Source of the DNA: Alphaproteobacteria bacterium
GTDB taxonomy: Bacteria; Pseudomonadota; Alphaproteobacteria; Bin95
Length of the DNA stretch: 64,000 nt
Assembly: GCA_026710105.1 (NCBI GenBank)
Contig: JAPORR010000152.1
Location: 1,196-65,195, forward strand
Direction: 5' to 3'
Both the position numbers and the translations under genes were made by a program. Positions 26,938 through 37,416 of the stretch are shown here, one piece after another. Positions within the stretch are counted from its first letter, which is position 1, and the number at the start of each line of letters is the position of its first letter. The notes beneath the pieces are model-generated. The model had not been told where the DNA came from and did no database searches. It saw only the letters and a program-made list of their open reading frames with translations.

Positions 26938-29118
26938 TCAAGCAGGTTCCACGAAACTGTCGACCAGGGTCTTGCTGCCGGAAGTTTCGAACTCGACGGT
27001 GAGCTTATGGTGATCGATGGCACATACGGTTCCATAGCCAAATTTACGATGGAACACACGCTGGCCGACCTCGAATTGGCCGGCGCGATCCTCGCGCGGT
27101 TTCACCTCCCAGGCGGGTGCATTGATCACGCGCCCGTCGCCCGCGCCGTAGCGCCAGGCTGGGGCCCGCCCGAACATCTCCTCCATGTGCCGCTCCACAT
27201 GCTCGTCGGGCAATTCGTCGATGAAACGCGAGGGAAACGGAGTCAACCAGCGCCCCGCAACCATGCGGCATAGGGCCGAGGACACGACGACATGCCGGCG
27301 CGCGCGGGTGAGGCCGACATAGGCGAGGCGACGCTCCTCTTCCAGCCCGGCAAGGCCATTCTCGTCCATGGCGCGCTGGTGCGGGAAGAGGCCCTCCTCC
27401 CAGCCCGGCAGGAACACGATGTCGAATTCGAGCCCCTTGGCACCATGCAGCGTCATTAACGAGACGCTTTCCATTTCGCTGCCACCTTCGACTTCCATGA
27501 CCAAGGCGACATGCTCCAGAAAATCTTCGAGGGAATCGAATCTGGCGATCTGCTGTACGAGTTCCTCCAGATTTTCCAGCCGGCCCGGGCCGTCAGGGGC
27601 CTTATTCTTCCGCCACATCTCGCGATAGCCGCTCTCTTCGAGGATCGCGTTTGCGAGATCAGCATGGGGTTCTCTTTCGAGCCTGGCCCGCCAGCCGTCA
27701 ATGCTGCGGCAGAAACTGGCAAGCGTATTGCGGGCATTGACTCTCAGTTCTTCCGTCTCGACCAACCGGCGGGCGGCCTGCCCGAGCGGAATCTGCTCCG
27801 CACGCGCGAGCCGGCGCAGTGGCTGCAGGGTGGCGTCGCCGATGCCGCGTTTCGGCAGGTTGACGATGCGCTCGAAGGCAAGATCGTCCTCGGGAAAGAG
27901 GACCGCGCGCAGATAGGCGATGGCGTCGCGCGCCTCGCGCCGCTCGTAGAAACGCGGTCCGCCGATCACACGGTAATTCAGCCCGAGCGTGACGAACCGC
28001 TCCTCGAAAGCGCGGGTCTGGAAAGAGGCGCGCACCAGCACCGCTATCTGGCCAAGCCCGATGCCAGCGTGCTGCAGGGTCTCGATTTCAGCGCCGACGA
28101 GCCGGGCCTCCGCCTCGCCGTCGGGGACGGTATGCACAACGAGCGGCCGCGAGTCTTCGCGGGTTGTCCAGAGCGTCTTGCCGAGCCGACCGTGATTGTT
28201 GGCAATCAGTCCAGAGGCGGCGCCCAGAATGTTGCCGGTCGAGCGGTAATTCTGCTCCAGCCGAACAATCTTCGCGCCCTCGAAATCATTTTCGAAGCGC
28301 AGGATATTGCCGACCTCTGCCCCGCGCCAGCCATAGATCGACTGATCGTCGTCACCCACGCAGCAGATATTGCGGCGGTGCTGAGCGAGCAGGCGCAGCC
28401 AGAGATACTGAGCGATATTGGTATCTTGGTATTCGTCCACCAATATGTAGCGGAACTGCTCCTGGTAGCGTTCCAGTACCTCCGGGGCGCGCTGAAAGAT
28501 CGTCAGGTTGTGGAGTAGTAGGTCTCCGAAATCGACAGCGTTGAGCACCGCCAGCCGCTCCTGATAGGCCTTGTAAAGCGCCGGCGCGCGGCCGGCGGCG
28601 AAGTACTCCGCTTCACCCGCCGGCACTTGATCCGGGCGCCATCCCTTGTCCTTCCAGCGCTGGACGATGGCCGAAAGCTGGCGTGCGGGCCAATGCTTTG
28701 CATCCACATCGGCCTCGGCCAGCACCTGCTTCAACAGGCGTTCCTGGTCGTCAGCGTCAAGAATCGAGAAGGAGGGTTTGAGGCCGGCTAGTTCTGGATG
28801 CCGGCGCAATATGCGCAGCCCGAGCGCGTGAAAGGTGCCGAGCCAGAGACCGGCGCTCATCTGGCCGATCAGCGCCTCGACCCGCTCGCGCATTTCGTGC
28901 GCCGCCCGGTTGGTGAAGGTAACCGCAAGGATCTGGCTGGGCCAGGCGCGCTTCGCCGCCAGCAGGAGCGCCAATCTGGCCGTCAGCACCCGCGTTTTCC
29001 CGGTACCCGCGCCCGAGAGCACGAGCAGCGGCCCGTCCAGTGTTTCGACCGCCTCGCGCTGTGGCGGGTTCAGCCCAGCGAGCCAGGGAGCGGGTGCAGC
29101 GGGCAGGGCATCTTCCAT
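26938..29118 (-). CDS. uvrD: ATP-dependent DNA helicase, UvrD/PcrA/Rep family
   Basis: LNPPQREAVETLDGPLLVLSGAGTGKT, ILVDEYQDTN, QNYRS and VSLMTLHGAKGLEF helicase motifs, plus a C-terminal Tudor-like tail. Start placed at MEDALPAAP, ATG 29118. Confidence 0.9.
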   Translation of the reverse strand: MEDALPAAPAPWLAGLNPPQREAVETLDGPLLVLSGAGTGKTRVLTARLALLLAAKRAWPSQILAVTFTNRAAHEMRERVEALIGQMSAGLWLGTFHALGLRILRRHPELAGLKPSFSILDADDQERLLKQVLAEADVDAKHWPARQLSAIVQRWKDKGWRPDQVPAGEAEYFAAGRAPALYKAYQERLAVLNAVDFGDLLLHNLTIFQRAPEVLERYQEQFRYILVDEYQDTNIAQYLWLRLLAQHRRNICCVGDDDQSIYGWRGAEVGNILRFENDFEGAKIVRLEQNYRSTGNILGAASGLIANNHGRLGKTLWTTREDSRPLVVHTVPDGEAEARLVGAEIETLQHAGIGLGQIAVLVRASFQTRAFEERFVTLGLNYRVIGGPRFYERREARDAIAYLRAVLFPEDDLAFERIVNLPKRGIGDATLQPLRRLARAEQIPLGQAARRLVETEELRVNARNTLASFCRSIDGWRARLEREPHADLANAILEESGYREMWRKNKAPDGPGRLENLEELVQQIARFDSLEDFLEHVALVMEVEGGSEMESVSLMTLHGAKGLEFDIVFLPGWEEGLFPHQRAMDENGLAGLEEERRLAYVGLTRARRHVVVSSALCRMVAGRWLTPFPSRFIDELPDEHVERHMEEMFGRAPAWRYGAGDGRVINAPAWEVKPREDRAGQFEVGQRVFHRKFGYGTVCAIDHHKLTVEFETSGSKTLVDSFVEPA

Positions 29119-29140
29119 GCCAATGCTATAGCACGATTCC

Positions 29141-30106
29141 CTAATCCATCTCCGCAAGGAAGCCGCGTGCAAGACCTAGGAACTCGTCCAGCCGGTCGTG
29201 ATGCACCCAATGGCCGGCACCGGAGACGTCGACACAGCGGGCATTGTCGAAATGCGCGGCACGGCCATCCTTTTCCGGGTCGCCGACCCAGCTTTCGAGG
29301 CCGCGCACCAGCAGCGTTGGGCAACGTATCCGGGACCAGAGCCGAAAGCTCTCTTCTGGGTGGATGCCGACCGGGCGGTCGGCGCGACTGTAATTGTCGA
29401 ACTTCCAGCTGTAGGTGCCATCCTCGTTCTGGTTGGCGCCGTGGACGGTGAGGTGCCGGGCCTGGGCTGCGGTTAGGCGGGGATTGGCCTCCTGCATCCG
29501 CCGGCAAGCATCTTCAAGGGTTCGGTAGCGGCGCGGCAGCCGGCCGGAAAGGCCTCGCTGCGCTTCGATCCACTCCCTGAGCCGGTCATCAATGGCGCGG
29601 TCCTCGCGAGCGGCAATCTGGGCGGGTGAGGGGCCGAGCCCTTCGATGGCAACGAGCGCCTTCACGGTTTCCGGATAAACACCCGCATAATGGAGTGCGA
29701 TGGAGCCGCCGAGCGAATGGCCGATGACCGTGACCGGGGCAAGCTGCTTTTGGTGGACGAGTTGCGCGATATCATAGACATAGTCCGCCATGGCATAGGC
29801 GCCGCCGACGAACCAGGCGCTGTCGCCATGGCCGCGCAGGTCGGGCGCGAGGATGCGGTAGTCTTGCCGGAGCGCCTCCGCCACCCAGTCCCAATTGCGG
29901 CAATGGTCTCGCCCGCCATGGACCAGAAGCAGAGGCGGCGCGTCCGCATTGCCCCAGTCGACATAGTGCAGACGCAAACGTTGCGAGAAATAGGAATGGC
30001 TTTCAGGCCCCTGCACAGCAGACCTCCCCGGCGGCGGACGCATGGTCGCGGACACCCTTGAGTCATGGACGCCCTTGAAATGTTCAGGTGCGAGGCCGGT
30101 CAGCAT
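29141..30106 (-). CDS. alpha/beta hydrolase
   Basis: LRLHYVDWGNADAPPLLLVHGGRDHCRNWDW, GHSLGGSIAL and GAGHWVHHDRLDEF. An alternative start exists at 30043. Confidence 0.75.
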   Translation of the reverse strand: MLTGLAPEHFKGVHDSRVSATMRPPPGRSAVQGPESHSYFSQRLRLHYVDWGNADAPPLLLVHGGRDHCRNWDWVAEALRQDYRILAPDLRGHGDSAWFVGGAYAMADYVYDIAQLVHQKQLAPVTVIGHSLGGSIALHYAGVYPETVKALVAIEGLGPSPAQIAAREDRAIDDRLREWIEAQRGLSGRLPRRYRTLEDACRRMQEANPRLTAAQARHLTVHGANQNEDGTYSWKFDNYSRADRPVGIHPEESFRLWSRIRCPTLLVRGLESWVGDPEKDGRAAHFDNARCVDVSGAGHWVHHDRLDEFLGLARGFLAEMD

Positions 30107-30188
30107 ACGGGCCGCGCTTTTCCACCACTACCGCCCTTGAGGCACCTATGCGACTATATCCACGCTGGCGGATGAAGGAGTGCGAGCC

Positions 30189-30491
30189 GTGCTGACCGTT
30201 TATGGCCTCAAGACCTGCGACGCCTGCCGTAAAGCACGTAAGGCGGTAGGCGAACACCGTTTCCACGACCTCCGCGAGCACGGGCTGGACGCCGCCCTGC
30301 TCGACCGATGGATCGCCGCACTAGGCTGGCAGGCGTTGCTCAACCGGCGCAGCACGACCTGGCGTTCGCTCGACGAGACCGACAGGGCCGGGTTAGACGC
30401 CTCCCGGGCACGGGGCCTGATGCTCGCGCATCCAGCCCTGGTAAAGCGCCCGGTGATCGACGATGGCGGCACGGTGCGGATCGGAGTCTGA
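30189..30491 (+). CDS. ArsC/Spx-family protein (YffB-like)
   Basis: LTVYGLKTCDACRKARKAV...LLNRRSTTWRSL...HPALVKRPVI. I prefer GTG 30189 (AAGGAG 9 nt upstream) over the track start 30180. Confidence 0.75.
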   Translation: MLTVYGLKTCDACRKARKAVGEHRFHDLREHGLDAALLDRWIAALGWQALLNRRSTTWRSLDETDRAGLDASRARGLMLAHPALVKRPVIDDGGTVRIGV

Positions 30492-30492
30492 A

Positions 30493-31254
30493 CTATTCCC
30501 TGTTGCCGAATAGGCTCAGCAGCAGCAGGAACATGTTGATGAAGCTCAGATAGAGCGACAGAGCGTCCATCACCGATTTCTTGGCCATCACGGCGGTGTC
30601 GTAGCCATGATAATACTCGCTCTTGATGCGCTGTGTGTCATAGGCAGTGAAGCCCGCAAACACCAGCACGCCGATCACCGACACAGCAAAGTGCAGCGCG
30701 CTTGAGGCGAGGAAGATGTTAACCAACGAGGCGATGATGACACCAATCAGCCCCATCACAAGGAAGGAGCGCATGCCCGAGAGGTCGCGCTTCGTCGTAT
30801 AGCCGTAGAGGCTCAGGCCGGCGAAGGCAGCGGCAGTGATGAAGAACACGCGCGCAATGCTGGTGCCCGTATATTGTAGGAAGATTGAGCTGATGCTCGC
30901 GCCCATAAGCGCGCAGAACACCCAGAACAGACCCTGCGTCGCCGACGCGCTCAGGCGCTGGATGCCGAAACTCAGCACCAGGATGAAGGCGAGTGGCGAA
31001 AGCATCAGCACCCATTTGAGCGGCGAAAGGTAGATCGCCTGCCCGAAGGCCGTCAGCGCCATCTGGCCGCTGGGCGTCGGGCTCACCGCCATAGTGAACA
31101 CCAGATAGGCGACAATGCCGGTCAGCAGTACGCCCGAGGCCATGTAGTTGTAGATGCCAAGCATATGCTTGCGCAGGCCGGCATCTAGAGCCGCCGTGCG
31201 GGCATCGGTGTGAGTGGCGGCGCGCGCCGTTGTCCTCAGATTGTCGAAGGCCAT
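30493..31254 (-). CDS. Bax inhibitor-1/YccA family membrane protein
   Basis: 253 aa with seven hydrophobic segments. LRKHMLGIYNYMASGVLLTG and the C-terminal SLYLSFINMFLLLL are typical of BI-1/YccA. Confidence 0.85.
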   Translation of the reverse strand: MAFDNLRTTARAATHTDARTAALDAGLRKHMLGIYNYMASGVLLTGIVAYLVFTMAVSPTPSGQMALTAFGQAIYLSPLKWVLMLSPLAFILVLSFGIQRLSASATQGLFWVFCALMGASISSIFLQYTGTSIARVFFITAAAFAGLSLYGYTTKRDLSGMRSFLVMGLIGVIIASLVNIFLASSALHFAVSVIGVLVFAGFTAYDTQRIKSEYYHGYDTAVMAKKSVMDALSLYLSFINMFLLLLSLFGNRE

Positions 31255-31513
31255 TTTCGGTCTCCGTTAGCTCCGTTAACGTTGTCAGTCTTGCAGGCCA
31301 ATATCGTGACGGCACCCGTCCAGTTCAAGCCCGGGCGGCAAGCGGTCACGTGCCTCACAACAGGTCATTTACACTGTCCTCTCAGGCCACGCATCGAAAA
31401 AGGCATGTCGGGCACCTAGCCCCTCCAAGGCCCGGTGTGGCTGGTCGGTAATGATCCGAACCGACTCACCCAGCAGGAGAAGGTCGGGCCCGCGCGCGGC
31501 GTTCATCTCCTTC

Positions 31514-31849
31514 TCACACATGAAAACTCTCGCCGCAGCCGCAAGTGCCCTTGGCGTTGGGGTTTTCGAAGGTGAAGCCGGACTCGAAAACGTCTTCCTG
31601 GTAATCCATCACCGAGCCGATCAAGAACATGACCGCAGTCGGGTCGATCAGCACGGTCACGCCGTTGGACTCGATGGCCTCCTCATAGGGCTTGCGCTCG
31701 CTGGCATATTCGACGGAGTAGGAGAGACCGGAGCAGCCGCGCGAGCGCACACCGACGCGCAGGCCGACAGCAGGCTCTTCCGAGAGCGACATGAGGTAGC
31801 GCACCCGCTCGGCGGCGGCGTCCGTCATCCGGATCATCGGCTCTGGCAT
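31514..31849 (-). CDS. sufA: Fe-S cluster insertion protein, A-type carrier (SufA/IscA/ErpA)
   Basis: 111 aa. RVGVRSRGCSGLSY and the C-terminal CGCGESF cysteine triad. Confidence 0.85.
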   Translation of the reverse strand: MPEPMIRMTDAAAERVRYLMSLSEEPAVGLRVGVRSRGCSGLSYSVEYASERKPYEEAIESNGVTVLIDPTAVMFLIGSVMDYQEDVFESGFTFENPNAKGTCGCGESFHV

Positions 31850-31865
31850 GTCTGCCTCCCTTTCC

Positions 31866-32264
31866 TTACCACATGTCGAGCGCGAGGCGGGCCTCTTCGC
31901 TCATCCGCTCCATCGTCCATGCCGGCTCCCACACCAGCAGCACCTCGACCTCGCCGACGCCCTGCACCGCCGCCACGGCTTCCGCCACCATGCCCGGCAT
32001 TTCGCCGGCAACTGGGCAGCCGGGCGCGGTCAGGCTCATCTCGATGCGGACGGAGCCATCCTCCGCCTGCTCCATATCGTAAATGAGGCCAAGTTCGTAA
32101 ATGTCCACCGGAATTTCAGGATCATACACCGTCTTGAGCGCCGCAATCAGGTTCCCGCGCGGCGCGGTCGGCGAGCCGGGCTCGAGTGGCGCCCCCGCCT
32201 CGGCGCGGAACTCCTGCAGCGGCTCGCCGCCCATCCAGTGCTCAAAGGGCATGGTCCCTTCCAT
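31866..32264 (-). CDS. sufT: SUF-system DUF59 protein (SufT-like)
   Basis: 132 aa. LKTVYDPEIPVDIYELGLIY...TAPGCPVAGEM, the DUF59/MIP18 pattern, located inside the suf operon. Confidence 0.75.
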   Translation of the reverse strand: MEGTMPFEHWMGGEPLQEFRAEAGAPLEPGSPTAPRGNLIAALKTVYDPEIPVDIYELGLIYDMEQAEDGSVRIEMSLTAPGCPVAGEMPGMVAEAVAAVQGVGEVEVLLVWEPAWTMERMSEEARLALDMW

Positions 32265-32281
32265 CGCCGCCCTGTCCCCGT

Positions 32282-32749
32282 CTATTCCGTTGTCACCGTC
32301 TTCTTACCGTCGAGCGCAGCCGTGAAGGTGTGCCACGGTAAGGTCGCGCATTTTACCCGCATCGGAAACTGGCGCACACCCGCCATGACCTGCAGCCGGT
32401 CGACCTCGTCCTCGAATTCCGACGGCACATCCATCGGATCGAACGTTTCATCCGTGCAAACGGCGTGGAACACATCGAACAACCGACGAGCCTCTGCTTC
32501 GCTCCGTCCTTTCAGCAGCTCGGTCATCATTGAAGCGGACGCCGTCGTGATCGCACAGCCGTGGCCCTGAAACGCAACGTCGCCGAGCCGCCCCGCCTCA
32601 TCCCGCTTGACGAACACCTGCACCCGGTCGCCGCAGAGCGGGTTGTCACCTCTCGCCTCGCCGTCGGCGTCCGCAATGTAACGGAAATTGCGCGGATTGC
32701 GGCCGTGGTCGAGGATCACCTCCTGATACAGTTCGCGCAGCTCGTTCAT
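32282..32749 (-). CDS. sufU: SufU-type (NifU/IscU N-terminal-like) sulfur-transfer/scaffold protein
   Basis: 155 aa. LYQEVILDHGRNPRNF, NPLCGD, GHGCAITTASASMM and RVKCATLPW give the three Cys plus Asp ligand set of SufU. The IscU LPPVK motif is absent. Confidence 0.75.
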   Translation of the reverse strand: MNELRELYQEVILDHGRNPRNFRYIADADGEARGDNPLCGDRVQVFVKRDEAGRLGDVAFQGHGCAITTASASMMTELLKGRSEAEARRLFDVFHAVCTDETFDPMDVPSEFEDEVDRLQVMAGVRQFPMRVKCATLPWHTFTAALDGKKTVTTE

Positions 32750-33999
32750 CGGCCGAAAATCCCGGCAACCTCGTCCAGTGCCTCGACCAGCCGGTCCACC
32801 TCGCTCTTCATGTTGTAGAGCCCAAAGGAGGCCCTGGCCGTCGCGCTGACATCGAAGCGCTCCATCACCGGAAAGGCGCAGTGATGGCCGGCACGCACCG
32901 CCACGCCCGCCCGGTCCACGATAGTGCCGATATCGTGGGGATGCGCCTGCTCCATGGTGAAGGAAACGATGGCACCCCGCTCGCGCGCCTGGCCGACGAT
33001 ACCTAAGCCCGGCACGGTGGCGAGCCGTTCGCGGGCATATTCGGCGACCTCCGTTTCATGGGCAAGGATCGCCTCGCGCCCGATCGACTCGATATAGTCG
33101 AGCGCTGCGCCGAGCCCAACTGCCTCAACGATAGCGGGCGTACCGGCCTCGAATTTGTGCGGGGCGGGCTTGAAGCTGCTTTTCTCGAAGGTGACATGTG
33201 CAATCATCTCGCCGCCGCCCTGGTAGGGGGGCATGGCGTCGAGCAGTTCCTTCCGGCCCCAGAGGGCACCAATGCCGGTCGGCCCGTAGGTCTTGTGCCC
33301 AGAGAAACAGTAGAAATCGACATCGAGGTCTTGCACATCGACAGGCATGTGCGGCGCGGCCTGACAGCCATCCACCATGATGAGCGCGCCCTTCTCATGC
33401 GCCATCCGCGCCATCTCCCGGATCGGCAATACGGAGCCAATCGAATTGGAGATATGGGTGACCGAGACGAGTTTTGTCCGCTCGTCCAGCAGGTCGGCAT
33501 AGGCGTCGAGATCTACCTCGCCCACATCGTCCACGGGGATGACCGCGAGCTCAGCGCCTGTCTCATCACGCAACAACTGCCAGGGCACGATGTTGGAATG
33601 GTGCTCCAGCGTCGAGATTACGATCCGGTCGCCTGGCCCGACATTTGCCCGACCCCAGGTGGCGGCAATAAGGTTGCAGGCTTCGGTGGCGCCCCGCGTC
33701 CAGACGATCTCGTCGGCCTTGCGCGCCGCGATGAAGCGCGCCACCGTTTTCCTGGCTGCTTCGAACTGGTCTGTGCAGGTCTGGGAGAGGAAATGCACGC
33801 CGCGATGGACATTGGAATAGGTCTCCTCCATCACCTCTGTCATTGTGCGGATGACCTGGCGCGGCTTCTGGGCACTCGCGCCCGTGTCGAGATAGACCAG
33901 TGGCTTGCCAAACACTTCGCGCGCGAGGATCGGGAAATCCTCGCGGATTGCCAGCACATCGTAATTCGGCCTCGCAAGCGGGCTGCTGTCTGGGCTCAT
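32746..33999 (-). CDS. sufS: cysteine desulfurase SufS
   Basis: 417 aa. Class II aminotransferase-V motifs, the PLP lysine region FSGHKTYGPTGIG, and the active-site loop RAGHHCA. Confidence 0.9.
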   Translation of the reverse strand: MSPDSSPLARPNYDVLAIREDFPILAREVFGKPLVYLDTGASAQKPRQVIRTMTEVMEETYSNVHRGVHFLSQTCTDQFEAARKTVARFIAARKADEIVWTRGATEACNLIAATWGRANVGPGDRIVISTLEHHSNIVPWQLLRDETGAELAVIPVDDVGEVDLDAYADLLDERTKLVSVTHISNSIGSVLPIREMARMAHEKGALIMVDGCQAAPHMPVDVQDLDVDFYCFSGHKTYGPTGIGALWGRKELLDAMPPYQGGGEMIAHVTFEKSSFKPAPHKFEAGTPAIVEAVGLGAALDYIESIGREAILAHETEVAEYARERLATVPGLGIVGQARERGAIVSFTMEQAHPHDIGTIVDRAGVAVRAGHHCAFPVMERFDVSATARASFGLYNMKSEVDRLVEALDEVAGIFGR

Positions 34000-35216
34000 G
34001 CGCCCACCTCCAGAAAGGCATCGATCCGATCCTCGACAGCCCGCCGCAGCGCATCCTCCGGCGTCTCGTCAAGGATCTCTGAGAGGAATGCGCGCACCAG
34101 CAGCCCGCGGGCACTGTTCGCCGGAATACCGCGCGAGCGCAGGTAGAACAGCGCGTCCCCGTCTATATCGCCAGCAGTTGCGCCATGGCTGCACTGCACG
34201 TCGTCGGCATAGATTTCGAGCACCGGCTTGGCATCGATCTCCGCCCGGCCGGAGAGCAGCAGAGCGCGGTTGAGCTGCTGGCCGTCGGTCTTCTGCGCAC
34301 CCTCGGCGACGATGATATGGCCCTGGAAGACACCGCGCGCCTGTCCGCCTATCGCCCCCTTATAGACCTGCCGGCTGGTTGCACCCGGCGCGCGATGCTC
34401 GATTCGGCTCGTGTGATCGGCCAGTTGCCGGCCCGCGATGGCATAGGCCCCGTTGAGCGCAAGTGTCGCGCCTTCGCCGAAGATGTCCGCCTCGATCTGG
34501 TTGCGCGACAGCCGCGCGCCGAAGGTGAACACCGCGCTCTCCAGAACCGCATCCCGGTCGAGCTGGACGGGCATGAACCAGAGATGATGCGCATCCGCCC
34601 CCTCTTCCTGCAGCTTGGTGTGGTGGAGTTGCCCGCCAGCCTGCACCTCGACCTCGGTCACGCCGTTGACAAAATAGGCTCCCTTGCCGAGCGCGATATG
34701 CCGCTCAATGACCCGGGCCGTGCCGCCGGACGCGATGACAATGCGATTGCGCGACTGCGCCACAGGCCCGGTCGGGCTGGGGACCGTGGCATGAACGATC
34801 TCGATGGGCTCGTCGCGGATCTCTGCGATGGTCAGAACATAGCCGTCACCGGCCATGGCTGCGTTGAGCGCGACCAGCGCCTCGTCCTCTACCCCTGCCC
34901 TATTGTCCGGCCCGGCCCAGCGACCGACAGGAACCGTCGTCAGATCCTCCCGCAGGAAGCCGTTGACCAGCACGATTCGTGGCCCTGCGTTGAGGAATGG
35001 AACCACCGCATCCCTGTCTGGCTCTGCCGGCCGGAAGCGTTGGCGCGCGAGCGGACGCAGGCTGGTATATTTCCACGCTTCGACTCGGTTGGTCGGGAAG
35101 CCTCTGGCGGCGAAGGCCTCGAAGGCAACATCGCGCTCACCTGGCAACGCAGCGCGGATGCTCTCGAACGCCTCGCGCCAGGATTCGACGCCCGAACTCT
35201 CGACTCGGGTCGTCAT
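33996..35216 (-). CDS. sufD: Fe-S cluster assembly protein SufD
   Basis: 406 aa with a beta-helix core. C-terminal EIYADDVQCSHGATAGDIDGDALFYLRSRGI is the SufB/SufD family signature. Confidence 0.85.
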   Translation of the reverse strand: MTTRVESSGVESWREAFESIRAALPGERDVAFEAFAARGFPTNRVEAWKYTSLRPLARQRFRPAEPDRDAVVPFLNAGPRIVLVNGFLREDLTTVPVGRWAGPDNRAGVEDEALVALNAAMAGDGYVLTIAEIRDEPIEIVHATVPSPTGPVAQSRNRIVIASGGTARVIERHIALGKGAYFVNGVTEVEVQAGGQLHHTKLQEEGADAHHLWFMPVQLDRDAVLESAVFTFGARLSRNQIEADIFGEGATLALNGAYAIAGRQLADHTSRIEHRAPGATSRQVYKGAIGGQARGVFQGHIIVAEGAQKTDGQQLNRALLLSGRAEIDAKPVLEIYADDVQCSHGATAGDIDGDALFYLRSRGIPANSARGLLVRAFLSEILDETPEDALRRAVEDRIDAFLEVGA

Positions 35217-35962
35217 GCCGCCTCGCTCAGTATGTCCGTGTAGCCCCTAGCCTCCAGTTCGCGTGCCAACTCACTGCCGCCCGAACGGAGAATCCTGCCC
35301 TTAGCCAGCACATGCACCCGATCAGGCACGATATGATCCAGCAGGCGCTGGTAGTGGGTGATGATAAGCATGGCCCGGTCCGGCGAGCGGAGCGCGTTCA
35401 CCCCTTCGGCGACCACCTTGAGCGCGTCGATGTCGAGGCCGCTGTCGGTTTCGTCGAGGATCGCAAGCCGTGGCTCAAGCAAGGCAAGCTGGAGCATCTC
35501 GTTGCGCTTCTTCTCGCCACCAGAGAAGCCGACATTGAGCGCGCGCTTCAGCATGTCTTCGCCGATGCCGAGCGCCCTCGCTTTCTCCCGGACGACGCGC
35601 AGGAACTGCATGGCGTCGAGCTCATCTTCGCCCCGGCCGCGCCGCAACGCATTCAGCGCCGTACGCAGGAAGGTCATGGTGCCGACGCCCGGAATCTCAA
35701 CTGGATACTGGAAGGCAAGGAAGACTCCGGCCGCCGCGCGCTCCTCCGGCTCCAGCGCTAGCAGGTCGCGCCCGTCATAGAGCGCCTCGCCACGGTCCAC
35801 CGCATAGCCCTCGCGGCCCGAAAGAATATAGGAGAGCGTGCTCTTGCCGGAGCCGTTCGGCCCCATCACAGCATGGATCTCACCAAGGCCAACCGAGAGG
35901 TCGAGCCCGTTCAGGATCGCCCGGCCCTCAACCGAGACGTGCAGATCACGAATTTCAAGCAT
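35213..35962 (-). CDS. sufC: Fe-S cluster assembly ATPase SufC
   Basis: [11 protein letters not shown]...GPNGSGKSTL...FSGGEKKRNEMLQ...AILDETDSGLD. Confidence 0.95.
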   Translation of the reverse strand: MLEIRDLHVSVEGRAILNGLDLSVGLGEIHAVMGPNGSGKSTLSYILSGREGYAVDRGEALYDGRDLLALEPEERAAAGVFLAFQYPVEIPGVGTMTFLRTALNALRRGRGEDELDAMQFLRVVREKARALGIGEDMLKRALNVGFSGGEKKRNEMLQLALLEPRLAILDETDSGLDIDALKVVAEGVNALRSPDRAMLIITHYQRLLDHIVPDRVHVLAKGRILRSGGSELARELEARGYTDILSEAA

Positions 35963-37416
35963 CAGCCAACCGATCCTTCAAGAGAGATGCCGACAAGCTT
36001 CTGGGCCTCGACCGCGAACTCCATCGGCAATTGCTGCAACACTTCACGGCAGAACCCGTTGACAATCAACGCCACCGCCTCCTCCTCATCGATGCAGCGC
36101 TGGCGGCAGTAGAAGAGCTGGTCTTCGTCGATCTTCGAGGTCGTCGCCTCGTGCTCGACGCGGGCACTGCGGTTCTGACTCTCGATATAGGGGAAGGTGT
36201 GCGCCCCGCAGTGTGAGCCGATGAGCAGCGAGTCGCATTGCGTGTAGTTTCGGGCGCTTGCCGCACCTGGCAGCATTTTGACGAGGCCGCGATAGGCGTT
36301 GCTCGCGCGGCCTGCGGAAATGCCCTTGGAGATGACGCGCGACCGCGACCGCGGGCCCATATGCACCATCTTGGTCCCGGTGTCGGCCTGCTGGTAGTTG
36401 TTGGTGATGGCGATGGAGTAGAACTCGCCGACCGAGTCCGCGCCGTGTAGCATGCAGCTTGGATATTTCCAGGTGATCGCCGACCCCGTCTCGACCTGGG
36501 TCCAGGAAATCTTCGAGCGCGCGCCGATACACGCCCCGCGTTTGGTAACGAAGTTGAAGATGCCACCAATTCCGTTCTCGTCGCCCGGATACCAATTCTG
36601 GACGGTCGAATACTTGATCTCCGCATCGTCCAGCGCCACCAACTCGACAACCGCGGCATGTAGCTGGTGCTCGTCGCGCATCGGCGCTGTGCAGCCTTCC
36701 AGATAGCTTACATAGGAAGAATCCTCGGCGACGATCAGAGTGCGCTCGAACTGTCCGGTATTGGCCGCATTGATGCGGAAATAGGTGGAGAGCTCCATCG
36801 GGCAGCGCACGCCTTTCGGCACGAACACGAAGGATCCGTCCGTGAAGACGGCCGAGTTGAGTGTGGCGAAGAAATTGTCCGTGTAAGGCACCACCGTGCC
36901 CAGATACTTCCGGACGAGCTCCGGATATTTCTGCACCGCCTCAGAGATCGGGCAGAAGATAACACCGTGCTCCTCCAACTTTGCCTTGAAAGTGGTGGCG
37001 ACGGAGACGCTGTCGAACACCGCATCCACCGCCACACCGGCCAGCATTTCCTGTTCGCGCAGCGGGATGCCGAGCTTGTCATAGGTGGCCAGCAATTCCG
37101 GATCTACTTCGTCGAGCGATTTCGGCCCTTCCTTCTGCTTGGGCGCCGAGTAGTAATAGGCGTCCTGGTAGTCGATCATCGGGATGCCGAGCTTCGCCCA
37201 GTCCGGCTCGGTCATGGTCTGCCAGTGACGAAAAGCTTCGAGGCGCCACGCCAGCAGCCATTCTGGCTCTTCCTTAATGGCGGAGATGAAGCGCACGATG
37301 TCTTCATTCAGCCCCTTGGGAGCCTGCTCGGACTCGATATCGGTGACGAAACCGTATTTGTAGCGGTCGCCGAGCGAGCGCACCTGCTCGACGGTTTCGG
37401 CGGCAACGCGGCTCAT
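35962..37416 (-). CDS. sufB: Fe-S cluster assembly scaffold SufB
   Basis: 484 aa. [15 protein letters not shown] and [21 protein letters not shown], the canonical SufB signature. Confidence 0.95.
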   Translation of the reverse strand: MSRVAAETVEQVRSLGDRYKYGFVTDIESEQAPKGLNEDIVRFISAIKEEPEWLLAWRLEAFRHWQTMTEPDWAKLGIPMIDYQDAYYYSAPKQKEGPKSLDEVDPELLATYDKLGIPLREQEMLAGVAVDAVFDSVSVATTFKAKLEEHGVIFCPISEAVQKYPELVRKYLGTVVPYTDNFFATLNSAVFTDGSFVFVPKGVRCPMELSTYFRINAANTGQFERTLIVAEDSSYVSYLEGCTAPMRDEHQLHAAVVELVALDDAEIKYSTVQNWYPGDENGIGGIFNFVTKRGACIGARSKISWTQVETGSAITWKYPSCMLHGADSVGEFYSIAITNNYQQADTGTKMVHMGPRSRSRVISKGISAGRASNAYRGLVKMLPGAASARNYTQCDSLLIGSHCGAHTFPYIESQNRSARVEHEATTSKIDEDQLFYCRQRCIDEEEAVALIVNGFCREVLQQLPMEFAVEAQKLVGISLEGSVG